From: Micrococcales bacterium
GTDB lineage: Bacteria; Actinomycetota; Actinomycetes; S36-B12; UBA10799
Assembly (NCBI GenBank): GCA_016703125.1
Contig: JADJCR010000003.1
Location: forward strand, 214,505-278,504
Reading direction: 5' to 3'
DNA length: 64,000 nucleotides
In this document: positions 45,107 to 55,136 of the stretch, one piece after another
How positions within the stretch are numbered: the first letter of the stretch is position 1
How the letters are laid out: each line of letters opens with the position of its first letter
The notes under the pieces: generated by a model
Databases searched by the model: none
The model's input: only the letters and a program-made list of their open reading frames with translations
Told to the model about the DNA's origin: nothing
Translations under genes and position numbers: made by a program

Positions 45107-45496
45107 CTAGCGGCTGACCACCTTGTCCGCGATGAGCCGCACGACGACGCGCACGTTGTCGGTGCCGTCGTCGGCGGGGTAGCGCTCCCAGCCCTGGTAG
45201 GCGCGGGCGAACTCGTCGATCAGTTCCCGACCACCCTCGTGGGTCATCTCGACGTGCCCGCGGACCTCCACGTAGGAGTACGGGTTGTCCGCGTCGTACA
45301 CCAGCACGGTGCATCGCGGGTCACGCGCCAGGTTGCGGTGCTTGCGGCGGCCTTCGACCGTGGAGATGAGCAGGTCGTCCCCGTCGCGCTTGTACCAGAC
45401 GACACTGCTCTGCGGCTGGCCGTCGGGCTCGATGCTGGTGATGACGGCGAACTGCTTGGGCTTGTCGAGCAGGTGGACCGCCTTCTCCTCGAACAT
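45107..45496 (-). CDS. PPOX-class (pyridoxamine 5'-phosphate oxidase fold) probable F420/FMN-dependent protein
   Basis: ATG 45496 overlaps the ccr stop (TGATG on the minus strand). ..FAVITSIEPDGQPQSSVVWYKRDGDDLLISTVEGRRKHRNLARDPRCTVLV.. Confidence 0.7.
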   Translation of the reverse strand: MFEEKAVHLLDKPKQFAVITSIEPDGQPQSSVVWYKRDGDDLLISTVEGRRKHRNLARDPRCTVLVYDADNPYSYVEVRGHVEMTHEGGRELIDEFARAYQGWERYPADDGTDNVRVVVRLIADKVVSR

Positions 45497-46830
45497 CAGG
45501 TGTTGCGGAACCGGTTGATCTGGGGCTCGAACTTCGCGCGCTTCTCTGCGTCGCGCACGCCCAGGCCCTCCTCCGGGGACAGGCACCGCACGCCGACCTT
45601 GCCCTGGTGCTGGTTGCGGTGCACCTCGTAGGCGGCCTGCCCGGTCTGCTCCAGCGGGAAGCTCTTGCTCAAGGTCGGGTGGATCATGCCCTTGTCGATG
45701 AGCCGATTGGCCTCGAAGGACTCCTTGTAGTTGGCGAAGTGGGAGCCGACGATGCGCTTGAGGTTCATCCAGAGGTAGCGGTTGTCGTACTCATGCATAT
45801 AGCCCGACGTCGAGGCGCAGGTGACGATGGTGCCACCCTTCTTCGTCACGTAGACGCTGGCGCCGAAGGTCTCGCGGCCGGGGTGCTCGTAGACGATGTC
45901 GACGTCCTCACCGCCGGTGAGTTCCCGGATCTTCTTGCCCAGGCGCTGCCACTCCTTGGGGTTCTGGGTGTGCTCGTCCTTCCAGAACTGGTAGCCCTCG
46001 GCGTTGCGGTCGATGATGTACTCCGCACCCATGGCGCGGCAGATCGCCGCCTTCTCCGGGCTGGAGACGACGCACACCGGGATGGCCCCGCCATTGAGCG
46101 CGTACTGGGTGGCGTAGGAACCCAGGCCACCGGAAGCGCCCCAGATGAGCACCACGTCGCCCTGCTTCATGCCCGCGCCGTTGCGCGACACCAACTGGCG
46201 GTACGCGGTGGAGTTCACGAGCCCGGGAGCGGCGGCCTCCTCCCACGTGAGGTGGTTGGGCTTGGGCATCAGCTGGTTGGACTTGACCAGTGCGATCTCG
46301 GCCAGGCCGCCGAAGTTGGTCTCGAAGCCCCAGATCCGCTGCTCCGGGTCGAGCATGGTGTCGTTGTGGCCGGCCGGGTGCTCCAATTCGACCGACAGGC
46401 AGTGCGCGACGACCTCGTCGCCGGACTTCCAGGCGTTCACCCCCGGGCCGGTGCGCAGCACGACGCCGGAGAGGTCCGAGCCGATGATGTGGTAGGGCAG
46501 GTCGTGGCGCTTGGCCAGCGGGTGGGAGCGGCCGTAGCGCTCGAGGAAGCCGAACGTGGGCATCGGCTCGAAGATCGAGGTCCACACGGTGTTGTAGTTG
46601 ATCGAGGACGCCATCACGGCCACCAGTGCCTCGCCCGGGCCGAGTTCAGGCACGGGAACGTCATCGAGGTGCAGCGACTTGCGGGGGTCCTTATCCCTGG
46701 TCGGCAGATCGGCGAACATGCCCACGTCATCCTTGTGGACGGTGATCGCGCGGTAGGACTCCGGAATCTCGATGGACGCGAACTCTTCGGCAGGGGCGTC
46801 GTTGAGGATGGCGTCGAGGATCTTCTGCAT
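45496..46830 (-). CDS. ccr: crotonyl-CoA carboxylase/reductase
   Basis: ATG 46830 gives MQKILDAI.. Also ..ASSINYNTVW.., ..IWGASGGLGSYA.. (NADPH site), and ..HQGKVGV. Confidence 0.88.
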   Translation of the reverse strand: MQKILDAILNDAPAEEFASIEIPESYRAITVHKDDVGMFADLPTRDKDPRKSLHLDDVPVPELGPGEALVAVMASSINYNTVWTSIFEPMPTFGFLERYGRSHPLAKRHDLPYHIIGSDLSGVVLRTGPGVNAWKSGDEVVAHCLSVELEHPAGHNDTMLDPEQRIWGFETNFGGLAEIALVKSNQLMPKPNHLTWEEAAAPGLVNSTAYRQLVSRNGAGMKQGDVVLIWGASGGLGSYATQYALNGGAIPVCVVSSPEKAAICRAMGAEYIIDRNAEGYQFWKDEHTQNPKEWQRLGKKIRELTGGEDVDIVYEHPGRETFGASVYVTKKGGTIVTCASTSGYMHEYDNRYLWMNLKRIVGSHFANYKESFEANRLIDKGMIHPTLSKSFPLEQTGQAAYEVHRNQHQGKVGVRCLSPEEGLGVRDAEKRAKFEPQINRFRNT

Positions 46831-46932
46831 CGCTGCTCCCATTCGTGAACCTACTTGCACGTTAATAGGTCACTCCTCGCAACCGTCACCAGGGTGGGAC
46901 CCCGTGGATCCCACCCGGAAATCGTGCCTGGG

Positions 46933-47355
46933 TCAGTGGCCTTCGCCCGGTTCCACCAGTTCGATGAGCACCCCGCCGCAGTCTTTGGGGTGGGCGAAGT
47001 TGACCCGCGATCCCGCGGTGCCCCGCTTGGGCGCTTCGTAGAGCATCCGCACCCCGGCGGCGCGCAACTCGTCGGCTGCCACCTCGATGTCGCTGACCCG
47101 GTAGGCCACCTGCTGGATGCCCTCACCGTTGCGTGCGAGGAACTTGCCGATGGGGGAGTCCTCAGACAGGGGCGCGAGCAACTGGATGCACGAGCCACTG
47201 TCCCCGACGGCCATCATGGCCTCGCGGACACCCTGCTCCTCGTTCACCTCCTCGTGCACCAGTTGCATGCCGAAAGCGTCCTGGTAGAAGGCGATGGCCT
47301 GGTCCAGATCCTGAACAGCCAGTCCTACGTGGTCGATCGCAGTCACAAAACCCAT
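46933..47355 (-). CDS. mce: methylmalonyl-CoA epimerase
   Basis: 140 aa with AIDHVGLAVQDLDQAIAFY.., ..GEGIQQVAYRV.DI.., and ..NFAHPKDCGGVLIELVE. Confidence 0.85.
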   Translation of the reverse strand: MGFVTAIDHVGLAVQDLDQAIAFYQDAFGMQLVHEEVNEEQGVREAMMAVGDSGSCIQLLAPLSEDSPIGKFLARNGEGIQQVAYRVSDIEVAADELRAAGVRMLYEAPKRGTAGSRVNFAHPKDCGGVLIELVEPGEGH

Positions 47356-47404
47356 GGCGTTATCGTGGCACTAAGTGTCTACCCACGGACTCAGGAGGTC
47401 TGGC

Positions 47405-48589
47405 ATGGCCGGAAACGTGATTGTTGCCGGAGCACGCACCCCGATGGGGCGCCTGCTCGGATCGTTGAAGGGACTCTCGGCCGCTGACCTCGGCGGGTTC
47501 GCGATTAAGGCCGCGCTGGAGCGGTCCGGGGTGTCGGCGGCCCAGGTCGACTACGTGATCATGGGTCACGTCCTGCAGGCCGGCGCCGGTCAGATCACCG
47601 CGCGTCAGGCGGCCGTCAAGGCCGGGATCGGCATGGATGTGCCCGCCCTGACCATCAACAAGGTGTGCCTCTCCGGTATCGACGCCATCGCGCTGGCCGA
47701 CCAGCTCGTGCGCGCAGGGGAGTTCGAGATCGTCGTGGCCGGTGGCATGGAGTCGATGACGAACGCACCCCACCTGCTCGTGGGCTCCCGCGAGGGTGTG
47801 AAGTACGGCGACTGGAAGGCCATCGACTCGATGGCGTTCGACGGTCTGACGTGTGCGTTCGACCAGTGCGCCATGGGTGAGTCCACGGAGTCCTACAACT
47901 CCAAGTACAGCAGCCTGACCCGCGAGCGGCAGGACGCGTTCTCCGCGCGCAGCCACCAATTGGCGGCGATCGCGGAGAAGAACGGTGCGTTCGCCGAGGA
48001 GATCGTGCCGATCGAGATCCCGCAGCGCAAGGGTGACCCCGTCGTTTTCAGCATCGATGAGGGTGTGCGTCCCGACACCACGGCCGAGAGCCTGGGCAAG
48101 TTGCGCCCGGCATTCGCCAAGGACGGCACGATCACCGCGGGCAACGCCTCGCAGATCTCCGACGGCGCAGCAGCCGTCGTGGTGATGTCCAAGGCGAAGG
48201 CCGAGGAACTGGGCCTCACGTGGTTGGCCGAGATCGGCGCCCACGGCGTGGTGGCCGGCCCCGACGCCTCGCTGCACCTGCAGCCCGCCCAGGCGATCAA
48301 GGCGGCATGCGAGAAGGACGGCATCACGCCGGCCGATCTCGACCTGCTGGAGATCAACGAAGCCTTCGCGGCCGTCGGCCTGGCCTCCACCGACGAACTC
48401 GGGGTCTCCGAGGACATCGTCAACGTCAACGGCGGTGCCATCGCGTTGGGCCACCCTCTGGGGATGTCGGGAGCCCGGATCGTGCTCTCGCTGGCGCTGG
48501 AACTCAAACGCCGTGGCGGCGGGGTCGGCGCAGCGGCCCTGTGCGGTGGTGGCGGACAGGGCGACGCCCTCATCGTCCGCGTTCCGTAA
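47405..48589 (+). CDS. acetyl-CoA C-acetyltransferase (thiolase II)
   Basis: ATG 47405 after AGGAGG. Active-site Cys in [10 protein letters not shown]-terminal [19 protein letters not shown] and CGGGGQG. Confidence 0.92.
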   Translation: MAGNVIVAGARTPMGRLLGSLKGLSAADLGGFAIKAALERSGVSAAQVDYVIMGHVLQAGAGQITARQAAVKAGIGMDVPALTINKVCLSGIDAIALADQLVRAGEFEIVVAGGMESMTNAPHLLVGSREGVKYGDWKAIDSMAFDGLTCAFDQCAMGESTESYNSKYSSLTRERQDAFSARSHQLAAIAEKNGAFAEEIVPIEIPQRKGDPVVFSIDEGVRPDTTAESLGKLRPAFAKDGTITAGNASQISDGAAAVVVMSKAKAEELGLTWLAEIGAHGVVAGPDASLHLQPAQAIKAACEKDGITPADLDLLEINEAFAAVGLASTDELGVSEDIVNVNGGAIALGHPLGMSGARIVLSLALELKRRGGGVGAAALCGGGGQGDALIVRVP

Positions 48590-49504
48590 GTGCAGCTGGT
48601 CGATCGGGCACGCGCGGGGGACCCCCGCGCGATCGCCCGGTTGCTCAGCATCGTGGAGAGCGCCTCGCCGCAGTTGCGTGAGGTGAGCGCGGAGTTGATG
48701 CGCCACCAGGGCCACTCCCATGTCATCGGGCTCACGGGAGCGCCGGGGGTGGGGAAGTCCACCACCACCTCGGCCTTGATCGCGGCGTACCGTCAGGCGG
48801 GCCATCGGGTGGCGGTACTTGCCGTCGACCCCAGTTCGCCGTACTCCGGCGGTGCGGTCCTCGGCGACCGCGTGCGCATGCAGGCCCATGCCACCGATCC
48901 CGATGTCTTCATCCGCTCGATGGCCTCGCGCGGCCACCTCGGTGGTCTGGCTGCCGCGGCGCCGCAGGCCTTGCGGGTGCTCGACGCCTGTGGGTTCGAC
49001 GTGGTGCTCGTCGAGACCGTAGGGGTGGGGCAGTCAGAGGTGGAGGTCGTGGGTCAGACCGACACCGTCCTCGTCCTGCTCGCCCCCGGGATGGGCGACG
49101 GGGTGCAGACAGCCAAAGCCGGCATCCTGGAGATCGCCGACGTGTTCGTCGTGAACAAGGCCGACCGCGATGGCGTGGCGCACACCACCCGTGATCTGCG
49201 CGCGATGCTTGCTCTCGGGCCGCCGGGGCCGGATGGGTGGGTCCCGCCGATCATCACCACGGTGGCCACCCGGGAGCAAGGCATCGAGGATGTGATCGCG
49301 GCGATCGAGAGCCACCGGCAGTGGGCGCGGACCTCGGGGGATCTGCGGGAGCGCAGGCTGCAGCGCATCCAGCGCGAGATCGAAGCGGTCGCCGCAGACC
49401 TGGTCAAAGAGCGTCTGGGTAACGCCCGCGACCTCGCCGAACGCGTGCTCGTCGGCGAACTGGACCCCTACCTCGCCTCGCAGTTGCTCATCGAGAGCCT
49501 CTAG
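48590..49504 (+). CDS. meaB: methylmalonyl-CoA mutase-associated GTPase MeaB
   Basis: GTG 48590 directly after the thiolase stop. Walker A GAPGVGKST, VETVGVGQSE, NKAD. Confidence 0.88.
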   Translation: MQLVDRARAGDPRAIARLLSIVESASPQLREVSAELMRHQGHSHVIGLTGAPGVGKSTTTSALIAAYRQAGHRVAVLAVDPSSPYSGGAVLGDRVRMQAHATDPDVFIRSMASRGHLGGLAAAAPQALRVLDACGFDVVLVETVGVGQSEVEVVGQTDTVLVLLAPGMGDGVQTAKAGILEIADVFVVNKADRDGVAHTTRDLRAMLALGPPGPDGWVPPIITTVATREQGIEDVIAAIESHRQWARTSGDLRERRLQRIQREIEAVAADLVKERLGNARDLAERVLVGELDPYLASQLLIESL

Positions 49505-51237
49505 CGCACTGCGCGGGTCGTCACCGGGCTGGTGCCGCCCCGGCCCACGGCCTTCACCTGGACCGCTGTGACCCCCGGTGTGTCCGCGAACCGGGCTCGT
49601 GGTGCGCGCACAACTGCCCAGGTGCCCACCCCGCCGTTGCGTTGGCGCAGTCGGACCCAGTACACACGCGCGCGGCGGGCGGGCCGCCAGGACACAGTGA
49701 GGGCGTCGCGGGAGGATCGCACCTGCAGCCCCGCCACAGCAGGGGGCGCGGCTTGTCCGGCCAAGGGCTCGATCGGCAGCGAACCGGGAGAGGTCAGACC
49801 GACCCCGGCCCGGTTCTCCGCGCGCACCGTGACGCTGTAGGCGGTACCCGGCCGCAGGTGGGTAATGGTGCACCGCCGCGCCGACCTCGCCGCACAGGTG
49901 TTGCCGCCGGGCCACGCAGTGGCCACATAGCGGGTCACCGGTCGCCCTCCGTCGTCCAAAGGTGCACGCCAGCGGATCTGCAGTGCCGATGCCTTGGCCG
50001 CCGCACGGACGTTGCGTGGGGCGCCGGGCGTGCCGTGGGGTCGCACGAAGCGGTCGGCCGTGGCCGCAGCACTCGAGCCGGTCGATGCCCGCGCGATCAC
50101 CGTGACCGTGTACGCGCGACCGTTGCGCAGGCCGTCGATGGTGCAGGCCAACTGCTCGGTGGAACAGCTCTTGCCGCCTGGCGTGGCGGTGGCCACGTAC
50201 TCCCGGATCCCGTCGCTGGGGGAGGGCGACCAGGTGACGGCCAGAGCCCGGTCCGCGGACGTGACCCTGACATCGCCCGGTGGTCGGGGTGCGGGTCCGG
50301 AGGCCATCACGAATGTCTCGCCGGTGACGGCGGGCGAACCCGATCCGATGCGGTTGGTCGCCACCACGGAGAACGTGTAGTCCTGGCCGTTGGACAGCCC
50401 GGTCACCGTGCATGTGAGGGCGGTCGTGGCGCACGCCGCGCCACCTGGGGAGGCGGTGACGGTGTAGCCGGTGATCGGGGCGCCGCCGTCGTCTGCCGGG
50501 GGTGACCACGCCACGACGGCTTGATGGTCACCAGGGGTCGCGCGGGCCTCCCGCGGCGCCCCCGGTGCGGATCGCAGCGTGAGGTCGCGGAACGTGGGGG
50601 ATTGCAGGTCGACCAGGGCAGCAGCGGTGTCATTGCCGTCTGGGGTGGTCAGGGAGTACCTGCCGCGGGGCAGTTGCAGCGTGTACGCGCCCTGAGCGTC
50701 AGTGGTCGTGCGTGGGGCGAAGGTCGTCTCGCCGTCGCGGGTGGCGACCACAGGTGCGCCGGATACCCCTGATCCGCCACGTGTGCGCACGGTGCCGGAC
50801 AGCGTGAGCGACTGCTCGACTTCCGCGGTGAGGATGTGCAGGTCGCACAGCGCCGTGTCCGCTGGGTTGCAGCCGGGGGCGTTGCCGAAGTGCACGATCG
50901 CGGCGGTGTCCTGCGAGTACTGACGGGGCCAGTACTGGGTGGCGAATCCCGGGCGCTCCACCCGCAACCGGTAGCGGCCGAAGGGCAGGCTCACGGCGTG
51001 GTAGTACGCCGATGTCGACGGGTCGCCGTACGCAGGGACCGGGTAGACCAGCCCGGAGTCGACGTTCTCAGCGGTCACCAGGGCGCCCGCCAGTGGCCCT
51101 GATCCCCCGCCGGTGTAGCGGGCGGTGAGGCTCAGCCCCAGGGTCCCGGTGCTGACGGCGTGCGCGGGGGCGGGTAGGACCAGCGCGGTGACTGCCACCA
51201 GCAGGGGCAGGAGCAGGCGACGCAGGTTCTGGCTCAT
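49501..51237 (-). CDS. secreted protein with two carboxypeptidase-regulatory-like beta-sandwich domains and 3-4 fibronectin type III repeats
   Basis: Signal peptide MSQNLRRLLLPLLVAVTALVLPAPAHA. Repeated FN3 pattern (..AVVAWSPPADDGGAPITGYTVTASPGG..CTVTGLSNGQDYTFSVVATN..) occurs 3 times plus a degenerate fourth. No LPxTG motif. Confidence 0.7.
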   Translation of the reverse strand: MSQNLRRLLLPLLVAVTALVLPAPAHAVSTGTLGLSLTARYTGGGSGPLAGALVTAENVDSGLVYPVPAYGDPSTSAYYHAVSLPFGRYRLRVERPGFATQYWPRQYSQDTAAIVHFGNAPGCNPADTALCDLHILTAEVEQSLTLSGTVRTRGGSGVSGAPVVATRDGETTFAPRTTTDAQGAYTLQLPRGRYSLTTPDGNDTAAALVDLQSPTFRDLTLRSAPGAPREARATPGDHQAVVAWSPPADDGGAPITGYTVTASPGGAACATTALTCTVTGLSNGQDYTFSVVATNRIGSGSPAVTGETFVMASGPAPRPPGDVRVTSADRALAVTWSPSPSDGIREYVATATPGGKSCSTEQLACTIDGLRNGRAYTVTVIARASTGSSAAATADRFVRPHGTPGAPRNVRAAAKASALQIRWRAPLDDGGRPVTRYVATAWPGGNTCAARSARRCTITHLRPGTAYSVTVRAENRAGVGLTSPGSLPIEPLAGQAAPPAVAGLQVRSSRDALTVSWRPARRARVYWVRLRQRNGGVGTWAVVRAPRARFADTPGVTAVQVKAVGRGGTSPVTTRAVR

Positions 51238-51755
51238 GTGGGGTCCAATGCGGTGTTCGGGGAAGCGGGATTCGGGGGCTGCTCGGGGCCGACCACGGTG
51301 AGGTCACCGGACGATGCCGGGTCGTCGGCCGCCGCAGGGGTGCCCGGCGACTGGGCCCGGGTGCTGGTGAACGGTGTGGCTGCCGCCGTGGGAGCGGCCG
51401 ACGCCGTGGCAGGGGTGGCCTGCCGGCGTTCGGCCAAGCGGGCGGCAGCGGCGAAGTCAGCGCGGACGCGGTGCAGCACCGCCGTCGTGTGGTCGTCCGG
51501 TCGGCGGGCTGCGAGATCGGCCAGTCCCATGACATCGATGCTGCCGGTGACCGGCGTTGCCTGGAAGGGATCATCGGCAGTCTGTGGACGAAGCTCCAAC
51601 GTCATCCACACCCCCGCGCCGGCCACCACGACGCAGGCGGCCAGAAGGGCCCAGTTGGGACCACGCCGCCGCGGTGGTGGCGGCTCTTGGCCCAGAATCC
51701 GGATCCTGGCACTGGCTGGGCGCGCCGAGGAGGCACCTGGGTGTGCGAATGTCAT
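51234..51755 (-). CDS. hypothetical single-pass membrane protein with an Ala/Pro-rich tail
   Basis: 173 aa (ATG 51755). TM helix ALLAACVVVAGAGVWM. Its stop overlaps the downstream FN3 gene start (ATGA-type overlap). Confidence 0.45.
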   Translation of the reverse strand: MTFAHPGASSARPASARIRILGQEPPPPRRRGPNWALLAACVVVAGAGVWMTLELRPQTADDPFQATPVTGSIDVMGLADLAARRPDDHTTAVLHRVRADFAAAARLAERRQATPATASAAPTAAATPFTSTRAQSPGTPAAADDPASSGDLTVVGPEQPPNPASPNTALDPT

Positions 51756-51831
51756 GGTGCCCCCCGGCAGCGACAGATGGCTTTCAGAACTGTAACCCCG
51801 TGGTTATGGTGGGCCTGCGGGAGGTGTGGAT

Positions 51832-52692
51832 ATGGCGGTGGTTGTCGGTTACGACGGGTCGGATGTCTCCAAGCACGCAGTGGCGTTCGCCGCCCAAGAG
51901 GCCCAGATCCGGCGGCTACCGCTGCAGGTGATCACCGCGTGGGATCAGCCGATGGTCGACCTGGGGATGGGTGCCGGCTCGGTGGTCGACCCCGACCTCT
52001 CGCAGGTGATCGAGAACCGGGCCGGTGAAGTGGCGACGGAGGGTGCCGACCTCGCGCGCCCGGCCGGCGGGGAGGTCACCACGACTGTGGTCCCCGGCCC
52101 TGCCGCAGCGGCCCTGGTGCAACTGAGCCAAAGCGCGGACGTGGTCGTCGTGGGGTCGCACCGGCGCCAGATGATGGCCGATCTGCTGCTTGGCGGAGTC
52201 TCCCGGCAGGTGGCCACCCACGCCTCCTGCCCGGTCATCGTGGTGCGCGGCCGAGCGGACGCCCACCAGCGCGTGGCGGTGGGGATCGATGGCTCGGAGG
52301 GTGCCCGCCGCGCGCTGGACTTCGCGTTCGACGAGGCGAGCCGCCGGGGCTGGGAGCTTCGGGTTGTGCACGCCTGGGATGTCGCTGTGATCGGCTTCGA
52401 CGTCGACGCCTCCACGTATCCGCCCGGCGGCATCCTCGACGATGTCCGCGATGTGGAGACCCGCTTGAGTGCCGAGGTGCTCGCCGGCCACACTGCGCGG
52501 TACCCCGAAGTCCATGTGCAGATCCGCGTGGAGCGGGGCAGCGCGGCCAGGGTGCTGGTGGACGCCGCGAGTGACTGCGACCTGCTGGTGTGCGGCTCCC
52601 GCGGCCGCGGAGGCTTCTCCGCACTCCTGTTGGGATCGGTCAGTCACAAGGTGCTTCACCACTGCCCGTCCAGCGTGGCGATCGTGCCCTGA
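51832..52692 (+). CDS. universal stress protein (tandem Usp domains)
   Basis: ATG 51832 (or GTG 51826) after GGGAGG. MAVVVGYDGS.., ..VVVGSHRR.., ..VAVGIDGSEG.., ..LLVCGSRGRGGFSALLLGSVSHKVLHH. Confidence 0.85.
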   Translation: MAVVVGYDGSDVSKHAVAFAAQEAQIRRLPLQVITAWDQPMVDLGMGAGSVVDPDLSQVIENRAGEVATEGADLARPAGGEVTTTVVPGPAAAALVQLSQSADVVVVGSHRRQMMADLLLGGVSRQVATHASCPVIVVRGRADAHQRVAVGIDGSEGARRALDFAFDEASRRGWELRVVHAWDVAVIGFDVDASTYPPGGILDDVRDVETRLSAEVLAGHTARYPEVHVQIRVERGSAARVLVDAASDCDLLVCGSRGRGGFSALLLGSVSHKVLHHCPSSVAIVP

Positions 52693-52707
52693 CGCGACGC
52701 CGGTCGG

Positions 52708-54099
52708 TCAGGTGTCGGCGACTCCGGCGACGACTGCTTTGCGCAGACCGTCCAGCGTGGTGGACACCCCTTCCAGGAACACCGGCAGGTCGCGCACCGA
52801 GTCGTAGTCGGCCGTCACGCCGAAATTGATCGTTCCGTTGTAGGACACGATGGCCGTCGAGATGCGCAGCCCCGGTCCCAAGGGCACGAACGGGATGAGC
52901 GCCTCCAACTGGCGGCCCTGCATGAAGAGCGGGATCTGCGGGCCGGGCACATTGGTCGTCACCGTGTCGAAGGCTCGCAGGTTCACGTTGGCAGTGACCC
53001 GGCCCGCGGTGGCGAAGAGCATCGGAGGCACGAAGTCGGCCATGCCGATGATGGAGTCGACCGTCAGGGGCGTGCCGCTCTTCTTCACCCGGTCCATCTG
53101 ACGTGTCATCGCGTGCAGACGGTCCACAGGGTCGTCGACGCCGATGGGCAGCTGGGCGAACATCGCCGAGACTTGATTGCCGCCGGTGGTGTCGCCCGGC
53201 AGGCGCATCGAGACCGGGATCATCGATTGGATGTCGGCGGTTCTGGTGTCGATCCCGCGCGCTGCCAGCAGCGCGCGGAACCCCCCGCTAACCGCGGTGA
53301 GGATCACATCGTTCACCGTGCCGCCGAAGGCGTTCTTCGCGGCCTTGATGGTCTCGAGGTCGCCCTCGACCCACCCCCACCGGCGGTGGGCGCTGATCGG
53401 GCCACCGAGGGTCGACTCCGTGCTGAGCAGACGGCTGCCGACCGAGGTGCTGCCGACCACGCGCACCGCGACGTGCTCTGCGAGCTCGCGGGGCCTGGCG
53501 ACCCGGCTCACGATGCGGGTGAGGTGCTCGCCGGGTCGTTTCACCGAGTCGATCAACGCATCGGTGACCAGTTCCGCGGTGCCCGGGGCGGGATCAGGTT
53601 GCCAGGAACTGGGCGGGTTGTCACGACCCTCGGGGTCGGTGTCGAGGATGACCTCCATGATGTCGTGGCCCGAGAGCCCGTCGATCATCGAGTGGTGGGC
53701 CTTGTTGATCAGCGCCCAGCGGCCCTTCGGCAATCCCTCGACCAGCCACATCTCCCACAGCGGCCGGTCGAGGTCCAGGCGCTGGGACAACAACCGGCTG
53801 GCCAGACGCTGCAGCTGAGCCGCGCGCCCGGGCTTGGGAACTGCCGTATGCCGCACGTGGAACTCGAGTTCGAAGTTCTCGTCGTCGACCCAGACGTGCT
53901 GGCCGAGGTGCAGGGGGACCGACTGGATCCGCTGGCGGTAGCGCGGCACCTGATCCAGGCGGGAGTCGAGGTACGCGCACAACTGCTCGTAGGACGGTGC
54001 GGGGCCCTCGAAGACCATCAGGCCGCCGATGTGCATGGGCTGACCGTCCCGCTCGAGCAACAGAAAGGTCTGGTCGAGCGGGCTCAGGCGATCGGTCAC
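52708..54099 (-). CDS. wax ester synthase / diacylglycerol O-acyltransferase (WS/DGAT)
   Basis: 463 aa. N-terminal ..SPLDQTFLLLE...PMHIGGL.. and catalytic HHSMIDGLSG (HHxxxDG). Confidence 0.9.
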   Translation of the reverse strand: MTDRLSPLDQTFLLLERDGQPMHIGGLMVFEGPAPSYEQLCAYLDSRLDQVPRYRQRIQSVPLHLGQHVWVDDENFELEFHVRHTAVPKPGRAAQLQRLASRLLSQRLDLDRPLWEMWLVEGLPKGRWALINKAHHSMIDGLSGHDIMEVILDTDPEGRDNPPSSWQPDPAPGTAELVTDALIDSVKRPGEHLTRIVSRVARPRELAEHVAVRVVGSTSVGSRLLSTESTLGGPISAHRRWGWVEGDLETIKAAKNAFGGTVNDVILTAVSGGFRALLAARGIDTRTADIQSMIPVSMRLPGDTTGGNQVSAMFAQLPIGVDDPVDRLHAMTRQMDRVKKSGTPLTVDSIIGMADFVPPMLFATAGRVTANVNLRAFDTVTTNVPGPQIPLFMQGRQLEALIPFVPLGPGLRISTAIVSYNGTINFGVTADYDSVRDLPVFLEGVSTTLDGLRKAVVAGVADT

Positions 54100-54197
54100 G
54101 AGAACCTCCTTGGCTGCTTTTCAGTCTAGATCACGGTTGACGGGGGCTGGGTCCGTGCGGTCCGTTGCGTCGCCACACGGCCGGTTGGACGGCCCCG

Positions 54198-55136
54198 TCA
54201 GACCCTCGTCGCCAACGCGGCGTCGCGGGCCACGTCAGGGTTCTCCTCGAGCCACTGCAGGATCGTCTGCGCGGTCAGCGCGGGCTCCTCGAGTTGCGGG
54301 ACGTGGCCGACGTCCTCCATCAGGTGGAAGGTCCATTCGGGCCGGCGGGCGGCGGCAGCGTGTGCCGAGCGTGCCGAGACGATCCGGTCCCGGCCGCCGT
54401 GGATGAGCAGGACAGGGGTCGCGAGTTCCTGCAGGCGTTTCACGTAACTGCGGCCCTGGCTCATGAGTACGACCGACCGGGCCGCCTCCACCAGGTGCCT
54501 GGCGGTACCACGGAACTGCCGCCGGACCTCCGCTTGTGCAATGGCTGCGTCGACGGCCTCGCGCGGGAACTTCGTCGGGTCGGCCGCCACGACCCGTAGC
54601 ATGCGGGCCACTTGTGCCTCTGCGGAGGCCAGCCTCGTCCACAGATCCACGATCAAGGAACCGACCCCGGGGGTGGCCAGAACGGCGAACTCGAGGATCA
54701 TCCGTAGGTCGCCGACCATCACGCCGGCCGCGGGGAGGGCGGGGGCGATGAGGACCACGCCGCTGGTGGTCCGCGGCGCAGAGGTGGCCTGCACGACGGC
54801 CAGCAGCCCACCCATGGAATTGCCCATGAGGACCGCCGGGGAACCTGTCACCTCGGTGAGGAAGCGGTGGACGATGTGCTGGTTGGCATGCACGCTGGTC
54901 GATCGGCGGCCCGCCTCGGTCAGCCCGTGGCCAGGCAGGTCCAGTGCCACGACCCGGCAACTGCCCGTCATATGGGTGGCTACGAGGTCCCAGTTCAGCG
55001 CCGAGCCGCCCAGGCCGTGGACGCACACGACCAGTGGCCCGTCCTCCGGACCTCCGTAGTCGCGGTAGTGGACGGGACCGTCGATGTCCACCCAGTGGTC
55101 GGTGCTCTGCCCTGTCGTCACACTCACACTGCACAC
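54198..55136 (-). CDS. alpha/beta hydrolase
   Basis: GTG 55136 directly after the pxpC stop. ..VVCVHGLGGSALNW.. and elbow GNSMGG. Confidence 0.75.
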   Translation of the reverse strand: MCSVSVTTGQSTDHWVDIDGPVHYRDYGGPEDGPLVVCVHGLGGSALNWDLVATHMTGSCRVVALDLPGHGLTEAGRRSTSVHANQHIVHRFLTEVTGSPAVLMGNSMGGLLAVVQATSAPRTTSGVVLIAPALPAAGVMVGDLRMILEFAVLATPGVGSLIVDLWTRLASAEAQVARMLRVVAADPTKFPREAVDAAIAQAEVRRQFRGTARHLVEAARSVVLMSQGRSYVKRLQELATPVLLIHGGRDRIVSARSAHAAAARRPEWTFHLMEDVGHVPQLEEPALTAQTILQWLEENPDVARDAALATRV

